Assembly: GCA_041178425.1 (NCBI GenBank)
Contig: JBEGVH010000009.1
Coordinates: forward strand, 1 to 64,000
Length of the DNA stretch: 64,000 nucleotides
Origin: Pseudomonadota bacterium
GTDB lineage: Bacteria > Bdellovibrionota > Bdellovibrionia > Bdellovibrionales > Bdellovibrionaceae
Reading direction: 5' to 3'
Part shown: positions 1 to 9,951 of the stretch, in pieces
How the letters are laid out: each line of letters starts with the position of its first letter
How positions within the stretch are numbered: the stretch's first letter is position 1
Notes under the pieces: generated by a model
What the model was told of the DNA's origin: nothing
Database searches by the model: none
Seen by the model: only the letters and a program-made list of their open reading frames with translations
Program-made: the position numbers and the translations under genes

Positions 1-2789
1 TGGAGCCGAATCAAATTACTTACTTTTTTACCTTGGTAAGTCTTGAACTCGCCAGCGACGTAAAGTTTTTGACTGACCTCATCGAGCGCGATGGCCACAG
101 GATGGCTACTAAATCCGGAACCAACATCAAAAGAGTAATCGATTGACCCATCGATATTAGCTCGTACGATACTTCTATTAAAACTTAATCCCTCATTTCG
201 AACATATCCTTTTAGATACAGTTGTTGATTCGTGCCATCGTAGACTATTGCCTCCAAACCATATTTTATTTTTTCAATTGAGGTAAAATGAGTATCGAGC
301 CGGCCGTCTCTATCAATTCTCACCAGATTGGGACTAAATACTTTTTGGTATACTTCAAAATATCCAGCAACATAGATTTTATTGGTGAATGGATCAGAAA
401 AAATATTTGTGACCGTTCCATCAAAGCCAGAACCAGTTATGAACGAATGATCAACTGACCCATCGTTGTTCAGCCGCGCGATTCTCTTTACGGCAATGCC
501 AATGTTCGATTCAAAACTGCCGCCGATGACAATCTTTTGATTCATCTGATCAACATAAAGAGCCTGAATATCATATAATCCGCTCTGCACAGAAAATGTT
601 GTGTCGATAGAGCCATCTAAATTGATACGAATTAAAGGGCCGACAAATGTACCACGATAATTTGAAAACACTCCGCTAGCATAAACCTTGCCATTTAAAC
701 TATCTAAAAACAATTTTATGGGAGGATTGTTAAATCCCACTCCGACATCAAAGCCGCTAAGGGGAGAGCCGTCTTCGTTAATACCGGCGATGCGAACATT
801 GGAAACACCCTGGTATGTTGTAAACGAACCAACAGCGTATAATCTATGCCTGACTTTATCATGCAAAAGATCTGAGACATCCGAATCGAATCCAGTTCCA
901 ATAGCAAAGTTGTTATCGACCGAACCATCTGCATTTAAACGCACGATATAATTGACCTGCTCTCCATTGTAAGTGGTAAAGTTACCGGCCACATATATTT
1001 TTTGCTCGGTGCCATGCAAGACAATACTTCGAACATCGCCATTGAAGCCGAGACCAGAGTTAAATGTGGTATCGATCGAACCATCGCGATTAAGCCGGGC
1101 AATTCGATTGACTCGAACACCCTTATAGTACTCAAAAGACCCACCCACATAAAGTTTTTCAATGATTGAATCGTAGGCGATAGCGTTGACACTATCAAGA
1201 TAATCACCGGACACGAACCCATCACCCGTTGCAAAAGTCCTATCAACGGTTCCATCTATATTTAATCGAGCAACACTTTTTTGCGAAACCCCTCTGACAG
1301 AGGAAAACAGCCCAGCCACATAGATCTGAAGTTTTCTCTCATCCATCGAATAAACCATTATCCCATCATCCGTCCCACCCGAGGATCCCAGCTTGAAACC
1401 AGAGGGATTGAAACTAATGTGCCTAGTAATTCTTTGTTCCCCCTGCCTCAACACGATCGTTCTCGGTCCCCGATCCCCATAAAATTGCACACCAAAGGAA
1501 AACGATGAATTTTGACAGAATTGACTTGATGACACTCCCTTGGGGAGCTGGGTCAGCGCAGGAAGAACGATCGAAACCTGTTGGCCAGAAACACATGATC
1601 CCGAAAATACTTTATAACCAGCGAGGTTTTCGTTTTCGCGCACCGAAAGGAGTGAAAAAATGCTTTCATCAATAACTTCCAAAGAAATCGTGGCAACAGC
1701 CACCTGACCAACCGTATTTGTCGCAGTAATTGTAAAATTTGTGGGCGCAAGCAGAGCCGTTGGCGTTCCACTAATGTAGCCGGTAGAGGCATCGATGCTC
1801 AATCCCGTCGGCAACGAAGGATTAATTGAAAAGGTAAAAGGACTGGAACCAAATAAACTGGGTTTATTTATCGCAATGCTATGGCTTCGAGCATAAACAT
1901 TGGTACTTGATACATACACAAGGCCAGAGGGAGGTGTTAAATCGCGAGTCCACTCAAAAAAACTGGGCGCCATGGGATCCTGTTCGTTGCCAGCGAGATC
2001 ACGACCCAAGAGGCATAATTTAACCGGACCAGCCGACAAAGCAGCAATACTCGTTAATAGGGGTTGATTGACTGGGGTCCATGCGCCATAACTCGACGCC
2101 TGCGTGCAATCCAAGCTCCCCCCAGAACCAACGACAAATCGATACTCGGCCAAGTCGAAATTTGAAACGGATAAATTCAAAGAGTCTACTCGATTAGTCC
2201 CCGTTGGCACGCAACATTCAAATTCAGCATAAGGCGCTATGGTGTCGATACTGACCATTTTCGAACCCAAATCATAACCCGTGCCGAGCAAGGGCAAACT
2301 AAGATTAAGTGATCTCCCCTCGGCATCAACCATTTCAGCACCGTTGGCCGATAAGGACGAAACTCCCGCATAATTCAGGATATCCACACCATCGCCAATC
2401 TCTACATCCGCTGTAAAAGTTAACACATCGGATCCTGATCCAGACTGATAGGTCGCAAATTTGAGCTGCGGCAGGAAATTGAGTTCTAATCTAGGCATAC
2501 CGTTCGCAGTATTAACTAAAATAGGTTTATTGGTCTTTACTTTGATAATCAAAGTAGTCCCGACGGAATAAACTCCTTGTGGATTCATGATCGTCACGTG
2601 TTCGATTTTAGGATTAACATCTTCTAACTTCAGGTCGGAGCTTACATCGTTTACATTGACTTCTAATTGACAGGCCGTAAGCAATAAAAGAAGGAAGCCA
2701 AAGAGCATCCGGAACGAATAGCAATATTCGTTCCGGATGCTCTCCCATTGAGCTCTCAGTTTTTTATTGGAGTGCTGCTTATCAATCAA
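1..2789 (-). CDS. Large lipoprotein with N-terminal Ig-like domains and C-terminal delta-60 (beta-propeller) repeats; runs off the left edge
   Basis: Not in the ORF track because no stop falls in the window; I checked that both ends are in the same minus frame. Possible starts are TTG 2789 (GGAG upstream) or ATG 2708, giving MLFGFLLLLLTAC (lipobox). The distal part has delta-60-like repeats, e.g. VAGEFKTYQGKKVSNLIRL and RLNxDGSxDxxF. Confidence 0.8.
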   Translation of the reverse strand, partial: MIDKQHSNKKLRAQWESIRNEYCYSFRMLFGFLLLLLTACQLEVNVNDVSSDLKLEDVNPKIEHVTIMNPQGVYSVGTTLIIKVKTNKPILVNTANGMPRLELNFLPQLKFATYQSGSGSDVLTFTADVEIGDGVDILNYAGVSSLSANGAEMVDAEGRSLNLSLPLLGTGYDLGSKMVSIDTIAPYAEFECCVPTGTNRVDSLNLSVSNFDLAEYRFVVGSGGSLDCTQASSYGAWTPVNQPLLTSIAALSAGPVKLCLLGRDLAGNEQDPMAPSFFEWTRDLTPPSGLVYVSSTNVYARSHSIAINKPSLFGSSPFTFSINPSLPTGLSIDASTGYISGTPTALLAPTNFTITATNTVGQVAVATISLEVIDESIFSLLSVRENENLAGYKVFSGSCVSGQQVSIVLPALTQLPKGVSSSQFCQNSSFSFGVQFYGDRGPRTIVLRQGEQRITRHISFNPSGFKLGSSGGTDDGIMVYSMDERKLQIYVAGLFSSVRGVSQKSVARLNIDGTVDRTFATGDGFVSGDYLDSVNAIAYDSIIEKLYVGGSFEYYKGVRVNRIARLNRDGSIDTTFNSGLGFNGDVRSIVLHGTEQKIYVAGNFTTYNGEQVNYIVRLNADGSVDNNFAIGTGFDSDVSDLLHDKVRHRLYAVGSFTTYQGVSNVRIAGINEDGSPLSGFDVGVGFNNPPIKLFLDSLNGKVYASGVFSNYRGTFVGPLIRINLDGSIDTTFSVQSGLYDIQALYVDQMNQKIVIGGSFESNIGIAVKRIARLNNDGSVDHSFITGSGFDGTVTNIFSDPFTNKIYVAGYFEVYQKVFSPNLVRIDRDGRLDTHFTSIEKIKYGLEAIVYDGTNQQLYLKGYVRNEGLSFNRSIVRANIDGSIDYSFDVGSGFSSHPVAIALDEVSQKLYVAGEFKTYQGKKVSNLIRL
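2702..2743. repeat. Perfect 19-bp inverted repeat with 4-nt loop overlapping the ATG at 2708
   Basis: AGAGCATCCGGAACGAATA-gcaa-TATTCGTTCCGGATGCTCT read directly. Confidence 0.9.
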
Positions 2790-3112
2790 TGACTGCTCCG
2801 ATTTCCGATGGAAATGTTTAATAGCTATTTCCCAAAGCTCTTATCGGAAATTTTCCTCGGTAATTGAGCACCTTTCCGGCAAATCGGGCTTTTCTCTTGA
2901 AATGAGACAAACAAAGCAGTAAAGAAAAATTCAAAATTTAATCGGTTCACATCGTAAGCATCGATATCCGATTTTTCTGACATAAAGTGAGACAATTCAC
3001 CCTTGATTTGAAGATACAATTCCAGCAGACTTTTTAAAAGTGAGTCACCCAAAGTAAGACGTATTTCAAATTGCGATGGCTGAACTCGGTCCCCAAACTC
3101 GGGAGGTTTCCA

Positions 3113-4177
3113 ATGGATTTAAAAGGTGCGTTCATCATCGGTTTTATTCTGACCTTACTCGGAATCGTCGTCGCAGGACTCGGGTCAGCTCTTACTCCCC
3201 TCCTCATTGCCTTTGGCTTTGCGTATCTTCTATTTCCAGTGATCAAAAAAATCGAAGATTGGGGCATCAAGCGCCATTACTCAGTGGCTGGTGTATTTCT
3301 CGGTTGGACATTTTTAGTGACCATCACCTTTGTGGCTATAGTGCCTGGCCTTATGAGGGATTTTCATGGTCTACTTCAAGAGTTTCCTCAATCGGCTACA
3401 ACAGTGATTGATCGCCTTGAGAGCCTAGCATCCGAGTACGGGTTCACTCTCACTCTTAACAAAGCCTCGATCAATCAGTTTATTCTTGAACACACCTCAG
3501 AAATCTCAACGACTCTTTTAAAGGGTCTTTCAAACGTTTTTGATGGTTTGTTCACCAATGCTCTTCGATGGCTTCTCTCTGTGCTGAACCTCTTTTTAAT
3601 ACCGCTTTTTTTCTTTTACCTTATTAACGATTTCGAAAAAATCACCGCCGGTGTTCAATCTCTCATTCCTCCCCGGTTTCAAGATAAAGTGAAAGAGTTT
3701 TTCGAGATTACCAATACGATTTTGAGCGGCTACATCCGCGGCCAAATCCTTGTGGCTTGTATACTGGGGCTCCTTTATGGCATTGGGCTTACGATCGTTG
3801 GACTTAAATTTGGATTTCTCGTGGGCATTATGTCTGGGCTTCTCAGCATCATTCCTTATGCCGGATTCACGATTGGTTTTGTTACCTCAATGGTCATAGG
3901 CCTGGCCAACTACGATGGCCTCGGTAGCTTTCTTGCGATTGTGCTGGTTTTTGTCATAGTGCAATCCCTCGAAGGCACGGTCATCACTCCTCGGCTCGTT
4001 GGCAACAAGGTTGGCCTGAGTGCTTTAACAACGATGCTTGCTCTTATTATCGGTGGAAATCTCTTCGGGCTAATAGGGATGCTGATTGCCATTCCTACCG
4101 CTGCGGTCCTTAAAATTCTGCTGATCGAAGTTGTTAAAGAGTACCGATCGATCGAGTTTCTGCAGATACATAAATAA
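3113..4177 (+). CDS. AI-2E (PerM/UPF0118) family transporter
   Basis: Multi-TM protein with family motifs LSGYIRGQ, IPYAG, QSLEGTVITPRLVG and GGNLFGLIGMLIAIP. GGAGG at 3102-3106 favours ATG 3113. Confidence 0.9.
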   Translation: MDLKGAFIIGFILTLLGIVVAGLGSALTPLLIAFGFAYLLFPVIKKIEDWGIKRHYSVAGVFLGWTFLVTITFVAIVPGLMRDFHGLLQEFPQSATTVIDRLESLASEYGFTLTLNKASINQFILEHTSEISTTLLKGLSNVFDGLFTNALRWLLSVLNLFLIPLFFFYLINDFEKITAGVQSLIPPRFQDKVKEFFEITNTILSGYIRGQILVACILGLLYGIGLTIVGLKFGFLVGIMSGLLSIIPYAGFTIGFVTSMVIGLANYDGLGSFLAIVLVFVIVQSLEGTVITPRLVGNKVGLSALTTMLALIIGGNLFGLIGMLIAIPTAAVLKILLIEVVKEYRSIEFLQIHK

Positions 4178-4331
4178 TTCCAACTATAAAGGGCCTCGGC
4201 TCAGACAATCTTTGTTTAAGCGCTTGACAAAGAATTCCATCGTCATGAATGATAAATCAAATTAATGGGTGCAAGAGTAACTCTTGTAGTTAACTGAAAG
4301 TAGGGTCGCTTTCATTTGGAGGAACTAGCCA

Positions 4332-4406
4332 ATGGTTCTTATAGAAAGCCGTCGTGCACCCTTTGCCGAATTTAATCAAATCTTTTCTGTTAATCCATTG
4401 ATTTAA
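4332..4406 (+). other. Possible 24-aa upstream ORF (MVLIESRRAPFAEFNQIFSVNPLI) in a structured leader
   Basis: GGAGG at 4318-4322, ATG 4332, TAA 4404-4406; TTGACA at 4224-4229 upstream. Confidence 0.3.
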
Positions 4407-4448
4407 CAGAACCACAAAAATCTCGCTAAACTACGAAATGAGAACTTT

Positions 4449-5879
4449 ATGGTTTCTGTAATCATACCATCGTTTAATCATGCATGGGCCCTCTCGGAGC
4501 TTATTCCTAGGTTCAAAACGATTCCGCTCGTAAGCGAAGTCATTATTATTGACCAGGGTTCTACCGATCAGGCGATCGATACTGACTCAAATTTAGGAGC
4601 CCTCACGCTCCTAAGCCCCATGCCTAATTTAGGAAGTTGTCTTGCCGAGGGTGTCACTGCCGCTCGAAACGAACTCGTTGTGTACTGGCATCCAGAGATG
4701 CGAAATCCAACTCCAGAACTCATCGAATCCCTCATCACCCCTATTGAGGGAGACTCGGTTGACTTCGTTTCGACCTATTCGACAAACCTAACGGACGACA
4801 CCGTTACGAGTTTTACTGTGAGGCCTCAGGTAAATATTTGTTTTCCAGAGCTTTCTTCGGTGAACGAGTTTTTCCCTAAGATTTTTGCTTCGCGAAAGAG
4901 CCTTCTCTCAAAAATAAAGATTGATCGTAATAACGCTTTTACTCTAGGCCTCCTGATCGATCTCAAACAACTTAGCATTCGAACACTCGAAGTTGGAATT
5001 CAAGCTCACCCCGAAAATTTAATACCGACTCCCCACCAAGAATTAAAATCACTGGCTGAGACTTGCGCCAAAAGCCTTTTTGAACGAATGGCAAAATTTC
5101 GAAGAATAAATAGTTTTTTATTGAGCGAAGCCCAAGACAACGAGATTTCAAAAAAAACTCAACCTGATTATTTTTCAAAGGTCATCAAAAACCAGCCAAT
5201 TCTTCTGATCGACCTCGACCACACCGTGATTAACGGCAATCTTCTTTTGGATTTGGCTCGCTATGCAGGTCTTGAAACGGAAGCTAGAGATGTTTTAGAA
5301 AATTCAAAATTCAATCCAGGTCAAAAAATAATCAAATTTTCTAAAATCATGAGCGGAATTCCTCGATATATTTTTGAGAAAGTCGCAAAATCCACTCCAT
5401 TAAGAATAAAAGTTCCAGAAACAATTCTCGAACTCAAACGACTAGGGTATCAAGTTGGGCTCGTCTCAAATGGTTTTTTACTTCCCACCGAAATTATTCG
5501 AGAACGCATCTACGCTGACTTCTCGATTGCTCATCATCTGAATTTTAAAAAAAGCCTTTGCACTGGTTCAATCGTTTGGTCGAAACTTTTTTCTGAGGAC
5601 GCCAGTCCAGAAATCACCAAGAGCATTTCTATCAATAATATCGCTCGAAACTTAAGAAAAACGATGCCAGATGATGACGTTGAGATCATTCATGTCAAGG
5701 CCTCTACCGATACTTTAAACCCTTCAGAAGACCTGACCATTCATGTTGGCTCAACACTTTCTTATGATCGTCCACTCCCTGATGGACACCTATCGATAGG
5801 GACCCTCAGTGATCTCCCCGAGCTTCTTCGCCAAGAGTATTCTACCTTTCTCTCGGGTTCCCATCTAACGACCCAATAA
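4449..5879 (+). CDS. GT2-like glycosyltransferase / HAD-IB (SerB-like) phosphatase fusion with degenerate motifs
   Basis: N-terminal VSVIIPSFN and IIIDQGSTD (GT-A fold); C-terminal IDLDHT (HAD motif I) and GYQVGLVSNGF. Confidence 0.65.
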   Translation: MVSVIIPSFNHAWALSELIPRFKTIPLVSEVIIIDQGSTDQAIDTDSNLGALTLLSPMPNLGSCLAEGVTAARNELVVYWHPEMRNPTPELIESLITPIEGDSVDFVSTYSTNLTDDTVTSFTVRPQVNICFPELSSVNEFFPKIFASRKSLLSKIKIDRNNAFTLGLLIDLKQLSIRTLEVGIQAHPENLIPTPHQELKSLAETCAKSLFERMAKFRRINSFLLSEAQDNEISKKTQPDYFSKVIKNQPILLIDLDHTVINGNLLLDLARYAGLETEARDVLENSKFNPGQKIIKFSKIMSGIPRYIFEKVAKSTPLRIKVPETILELKRLGYQVGLVSNGFLLPTEIIRERIYADFSIAHHLNFKKSLCTGSIVWSKLFSEDASPEITKSISINNIARNLRKTMPDDDVEIIHVKASTDTLNPSEDLTIHVGSTLSYDRPLPDGHLSIGTLSDLPELLRQEYSTFLSGSHLTTQ

Positions 5880-5895
5880 CCTGACCTTCAAAGGC

Positions 5896-5930
5896 AAAAA
5901 AAAAGAGGAACCTTTCGGTTCCTCTTTTTC
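5896..5930. terminator. Bidirectional intrinsic terminator between convergent genes
   Basis: A-run/GAGGAACC-tttc-GGTTCCTC/T-run. Confidence 0.85.
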
Positions 5931-5958
5931 GTTTGCTTCTTTAGCAAAAACAGAAAGC

Positions 5959-7755
5959 TTACTGCTTATTGTCAGCTTTCATGTTCTTTAATTGATCACC
6001 AAAGATATCGCCGAAGCTAGTTTTAGAAGAGCTAGTTGCCTTCTTAACATAGTCATCAACGTCTGCTTTTTGATCACGAAGTTTTACAAGCTTCGAGCTA
6101 AGACCGATCTTACGAGCGTCTTTGTCGATGCTGATCACTTCTGCTTTTACTGATTCGCCAACCTTAACAAATTCGTCAGGGTGGTTAATACGATCAGTTG
6201 TAAGCTCAGAAATGTGGATTAAACCTTCGATATCGCTCTCAAGCTCTACGAACACACCAAAGTCAGCTGACTTAACAACTTTAACATCGTGTTGAGTTCC
6301 AACAGAGTACTTGTTTTCGATATTTGACCAAGGATCAGCTTCGAGTTGTTTGATACCCAATGAGAATCTTTCGTTCTCGATATCAACGCCCAACACAACC
6401 GCACGAACTTTTTGGCCTTTAGTGAACATTTCAGAAGGATGATTGATTCTCTTAGTCCAAGAGAAGTCAGAGATGTGAACAAGTCCATCAATGCCTTCTT
6501 CGATACCAATGAACACGCCGAAATCTGTAACAGACTTCACTTCGCCTTCAATGATAGTCCCTGGAGCATAAGATTCTTTCATCTCTACCCATGGATTTGG
6601 TTGCAATTGCTTCATACCTAAGCTGATACGACGGTTTTCAGCGTCGATCTCAAGAACTTGTACGTCAACCACATCGCCAACATTGACGATTTGTGATGGG
6701 TGCTTCAAACGCTTAGTCCAGCTCATTTCTGAAACGTGGATCAAACCTTCAACACCTTCACCCAATTCTACGAATGCACCGTAGTCAGTGAGTGATACGA
6801 TCTTACCTTGAGCTTTAGATCCGATTGGGAATTTTTCGCGAACAACATCCCAAGGATCAGGTTGAAGCTGTTTCATACCCAATGATACGCGCTCGCGCTC
6901 ATTGTCGTACTTAAGAACTTTAACTGTGATTTCATCAGAAACATTGAGCAATTCAGATGGGTGCTTAATGCGGCCCCAGCTCATGTCAGTGATGTGAAGA
7001 AGACCATCCATACCACCAAGGTCAATGAACGCACCGTAATCAGTGATGTTCTTAACCAAGCCAGTAACGATTGAACCCTCTTTCATAGTATCAAGAGTTT
7101 GGTTGCGGAGAGTTTCTCTCTCTTGCTCAAGAAGAGCGCGGCGAGAAAGAACGATGTTTCCACGTTTTTTGTTAAACTTGATAACTTTGAACTTATATTT
7201 TTTGCCGATGTATACATCCATGTTACGAACTGGACGCAAATCGATTTGGCTGCCAGGCAAGAAAGCCTTAACGCCGATATCAACACTGAGACCGCCTTTA
7301 ACTTTAGCGACAACAGTACCTTCAATAACTTCTTCGTTTTCAGCGGCTTTCGAGATATCAGCCCATGCACGAAGCATGTCAGCTTTATCTTTAGAAAGTA
7401 CGATCATGCCGTTTTCATTTTCGATACGATCGATGAGAACTTCAACCTTCTCGCCAGGACGCACGTCACGAACGCCATCAACCATTCTAAATTCAGAAAT
7501 AGGAATAAGCCCTTCTGATTTGTAGTTAATGTCGACAAGAACATAGTCGCTCTGAACTTCAACAACAACACCAGAGACAACGTCTCCGACTTTGAAGTCG
7601 TGTTCTTTAATTGAATCTTCGAAAAGAGATTCGAAGTTTTGCCCCTTAAATGGAGCTTCATCGCCAGGATTAGCAGCTACCTGCTCATCGGCGGCATCAA
7701 GCATAGCTAGAACGCTCTGGCGTTCCTTCTCAGACTTGCTTAGTTGTTTTGACAT
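5959..7755 (-). CDS. rpsA: 30S ribosomal protein S1
   Basis: Six S1 repeats (DYGAFIDLGGMDGLLHITDMSW, EGLIHVSEMSWT, etc.). Confidence 0.98.
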   Translation of the reverse strand: MSKQLSKSEKERQSVLAMLDAADEQVAANPGDEAPFKGQNFESLFEDSIKEHDFKVGDVVSGVVVEVQSDYVLVDINYKSEGLIPISEFRMVDGVRDVRPGEKVEVLIDRIENENGMIVLSKDKADMLRAWADISKAAENEEVIEGTVVAKVKGGLSVDIGVKAFLPGSQIDLRPVRNMDVYIGKKYKFKVIKFNKKRGNIVLSRRALLEQERETLRNQTLDTMKEGSIVTGLVKNITDYGAFIDLGGMDGLLHITDMSWGRIKHPSELLNVSDEITVKVLKYDNERERVSLGMKQLQPDPWDVVREKFPIGSKAQGKIVSLTDYGAFVELGEGVEGLIHVSEMSWTKRLKHPSQIVNVGDVVDVQVLEIDAENRRISLGMKQLQPNPWVEMKESYAPGTIIEGEVKSVTDFGVFIGIEEGIDGLVHISDFSWTKRINHPSEMFTKGQKVRAVVLGVDIENERFSLGIKQLEADPWSNIENKYSVGTQHDVKVVKSADFGVFVELESDIEGLIHISELTTDRINHPDEFVKVGESVKAEVISIDKDARKIGLSSKLVKLRDQKADVDDYVKKATSSSKTSFGDIFGDQLKNMKADNKQ

Positions 7756-7851
7756 AGAAAAAAAGATCCTCCTGTGGAAGCAGGCTCTACCCCGCTTCCT
7801 TTTTTAACTCGAATTCTCAGAATTCGGTCACTCTTATGATGAGTATCCTAG

Positions 7852-7880
7852 CTTTTAGAGGGGATGGGAGGCCTTGTCAA
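7852..7880 (-). promoter_or_regulatory. Sigma70-type promoter for rpsA
   Basis: Minus strand TTGACA-17 nt-TAAAAG about 100 nt upstream of the ATG. Confidence 0.55.
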
Positions 7881-7988
7881 ATTTAAACCCCGGATATTCT
7901 TAAAAAAATCGTAACGAAAAATGTCTCTCCAAGGTTCTCTTTTAGTTCAACTTGAAAACTCCAAGCTATCTTGCTGAAATCTTATGAC

Positions 7989-8651
7989 TTATTTGGATAA
8001 AAATTGTTCACGAATCCGGGCTTCTATCAATCCTACAGCATCGATGAGAGTGAGATCAGAGGTATCGAGAACCCACGCCTTATCTGGAATCTGAAGGGGT
8101 GCTGCTTTTCTGCTGGAATCTTGAAGGTCACGAACTTTCTGCGAAGCCACGGTTTCTTCAACCGACATTCCCATGTCTTGGGCTCTTCTCGTGGCTCGTT
8201 GAACATGATCTGCCGTGAGATAAACTTTAAGTGGAGCATTGGGAAAAACCACCGAACCGCAATCTCGCCCCTCGGCCACCAATCCGGGCGTCTTGTGTTC
8301 GCAGTCGCGTTGAGCCTGCAAAAGGCTCTCGCGAACTTTTGGTAAACGACTGACTTGGCTCGCCCATAATCCCACTTCTTCACGTGAAATGGCATCCGTT
8401 ACTGAGTGCCCTTGGTACATGACTTCCGTGCGCTCTGGCTGCATTTCCACAGACCAAATAGGTGAATGAGCAAGTTCTGTTAATGCGTTTTCATCGTTGA
8501 GGTCCACGCCCTCTTCGTGAGCCACGAAGGCAAGGCCTCGATAAAAAGCCCCAGTAGAAATCCACTGCCATCCCATTCGACGTGCGAGTTCACGGCTCAC
8601 TGAGCTTTTCCCAGACGCCGCTGGCCCATCAATTGTCACCACAAAACCCAT
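7989..8651 (-). CDS. cmk: Cytidylate kinase
   Basis: TIDGPAASGKSS P-loop, GAFYR, EGRDCGSVVFP; upstream of rpsA. Confidence 0.96.
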   Translation of the reverse strand: MGFVVTIDGPAASGKSSVSRELARRMGWQWISTGAFYRGLAFVAHEEGVDLNDENALTELAHSPIWSVEMQPERTEVMYQGHSVTDAISREEVGLWASQVSRLPKVRESLLQAQRDCEHKTPGLVAEGRDCGSVVFPNAPLKVYLTADHVQRATRRAQDMGMSVEETVASQKVRDLQDSSRKAAPLQIPDKAWVLDTSDLTLIDAVGLIEARIREQFLSK

Positions 8652-8718
8652 ACTGAAAGCTCCTAAATTCGTGATAAAAAACCAACCGGGCTCACGTCTT
8701 ACCCAAAGCCGAACTTAC

Positions 8719-9834
8719 TTATCTTAAGGCCGGAACTTTTACCAGAACTTCCTTAAGTGCCTCCAAAATGGCCTGATTCTCATCTTCCAAACCAACTGTC
8801 CAACGCAAATGATGAGGCAAACCATAATTACCAACTGGTCGCAAAATCAAACCCTTGCGAAGAAGTTGCTCATAAACTTGCTGCGCTTCTCGTTTGGTAT
8901 CAAAAAGGACAAAATTGGCCTGAGAAGGAAGATAAGTTAAATCGAGCTCTTTTAATCCTTGATAAATCTGATCGAGCCCATCCCAAATCACTTTTTGGGA
9001 TTTTTTAAGATAAGAATCATCATCAAGGGCCGCGATGGCAGCGACTTGAGCCAATTCATTGGTGTTAAATGGGTTTCTTACGCGATGATAAAGATCGATC
9101 ACCTCTTGTTGAGCAATAATGGCGCCTAAACGTAAACCGGCGAGCCCATACACCTTGCTGAACGTTCTCATCACAACCACAGACGAATAGTCTTTCATCC
9201 ACTCTTGCCCAGAGGCGTAATCAGCGGCGCGTACAAATTCATTATAGGCTTCATCAAATACAATCAAAAGATCGGGGCGCTTTCCCACCTTCTCCATAAA
9301 AGAGGCAATGGCCTGTTTTCCTACGTAAGTTCCTGTTGGATTGTTTGGATTGGGCAAAAACACCAAGCGAATTTTTGGATCTTTAAGAGCCAAATCAGCC
9401 ATCGCTGCTAAATCCATTGTAAAGTCGTCGTTGAGTGGCACCTTAACGGTCTCTACACGAGCCGCTTGGGCACAAATCGGATAAGCGACAAAAGCTTTGT
9501 CTGTGGTCAGTATCTTTTCACCGGGTTCACAATAAATTCGAATCAACAGATCAATAATTTCATTGGAACCGTTGCCAAGAGCAAGATGAGTTGGAGACAC
9601 CTTCCAAGCCGAAGCAATTTTTTGAACAAGTTCGAAACCCAAGGGATCTGGATAGCGATGCAAATTTTCGAGATGACTTTTAATGGCTTCAATGGCCTTG
9701 GGCGACGGACCCAATGGGTTTTCGTTGCTTGCCAACTTGATAATTTTCGACAACCCATACTCTCGTTGAGTTTCTGAAATTGGTTTTCCTGGCTTGTATG
9801 GAATCAAATTTTTAATTTCAGATGAAACACGCAT
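8719..9834 (-). CDS. hisC: Histidinol-phosphate aminotransferase
   Basis: KLASNENPLG, NPNNPTG, DEAYxEF and RTFSKVYGLAGLRLG (PLP lysine). Confidence 0.93.
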   Translation of the reverse strand: MRVSSEIKNLIPYKPGKPISETQREYGLSKIIKLASNENPLGPSPKAIEAIKSHLENLHRYPDPLGFELVQKIASAWKVSPTHLALGNGSNEIIDLLIRIYCEPGEKILTTDKAFVAYPICAQAARVETVKVPLNDDFTMDLAAMADLALKDPKIRLVFLPNPNNPTGTYVGKQAIASFMEKVGKRPDLLIVFDEAYNEFVRAADYASGQEWMKDYSSVVVMRTFSKVYGLAGLRLGAIIAQQEVIDLYHRVRNPFNTNELAQVAAIAALDDDSYLKKSQKVIWDGLDQIYQGLKELDLTYLPSQANFVLFDTKREAQQVYEQLLRKGLILRPVGNYGLPHHLRWTVGLEDENQAILEALKEVLVKVPALR

Positions 9835-9951
9835 AGCTAAAAACTCCCCCTTGCCCAGAGCAATCTCCCGTGGCGTAAACAGGAGTACTATAGTAACAAA
9901 GCAGGATTCATCGCAACATTTTTTGCTTTAGCGCCCCCCCCCGAAGCCCCC

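Noticed and set aside
688..3270. Short ORF-track ORFs in the first 3.3 kb
   Set aside because: They overlap the long minus-strand lipoprotein frame or the AI-2E gene and have no independent support.
4267..4361. tRNA, suggested by the cloverleaf-like pairing
   Set aside because: There is no GTTC-RA T-loop, D-loop GG or canonical arm lengths.
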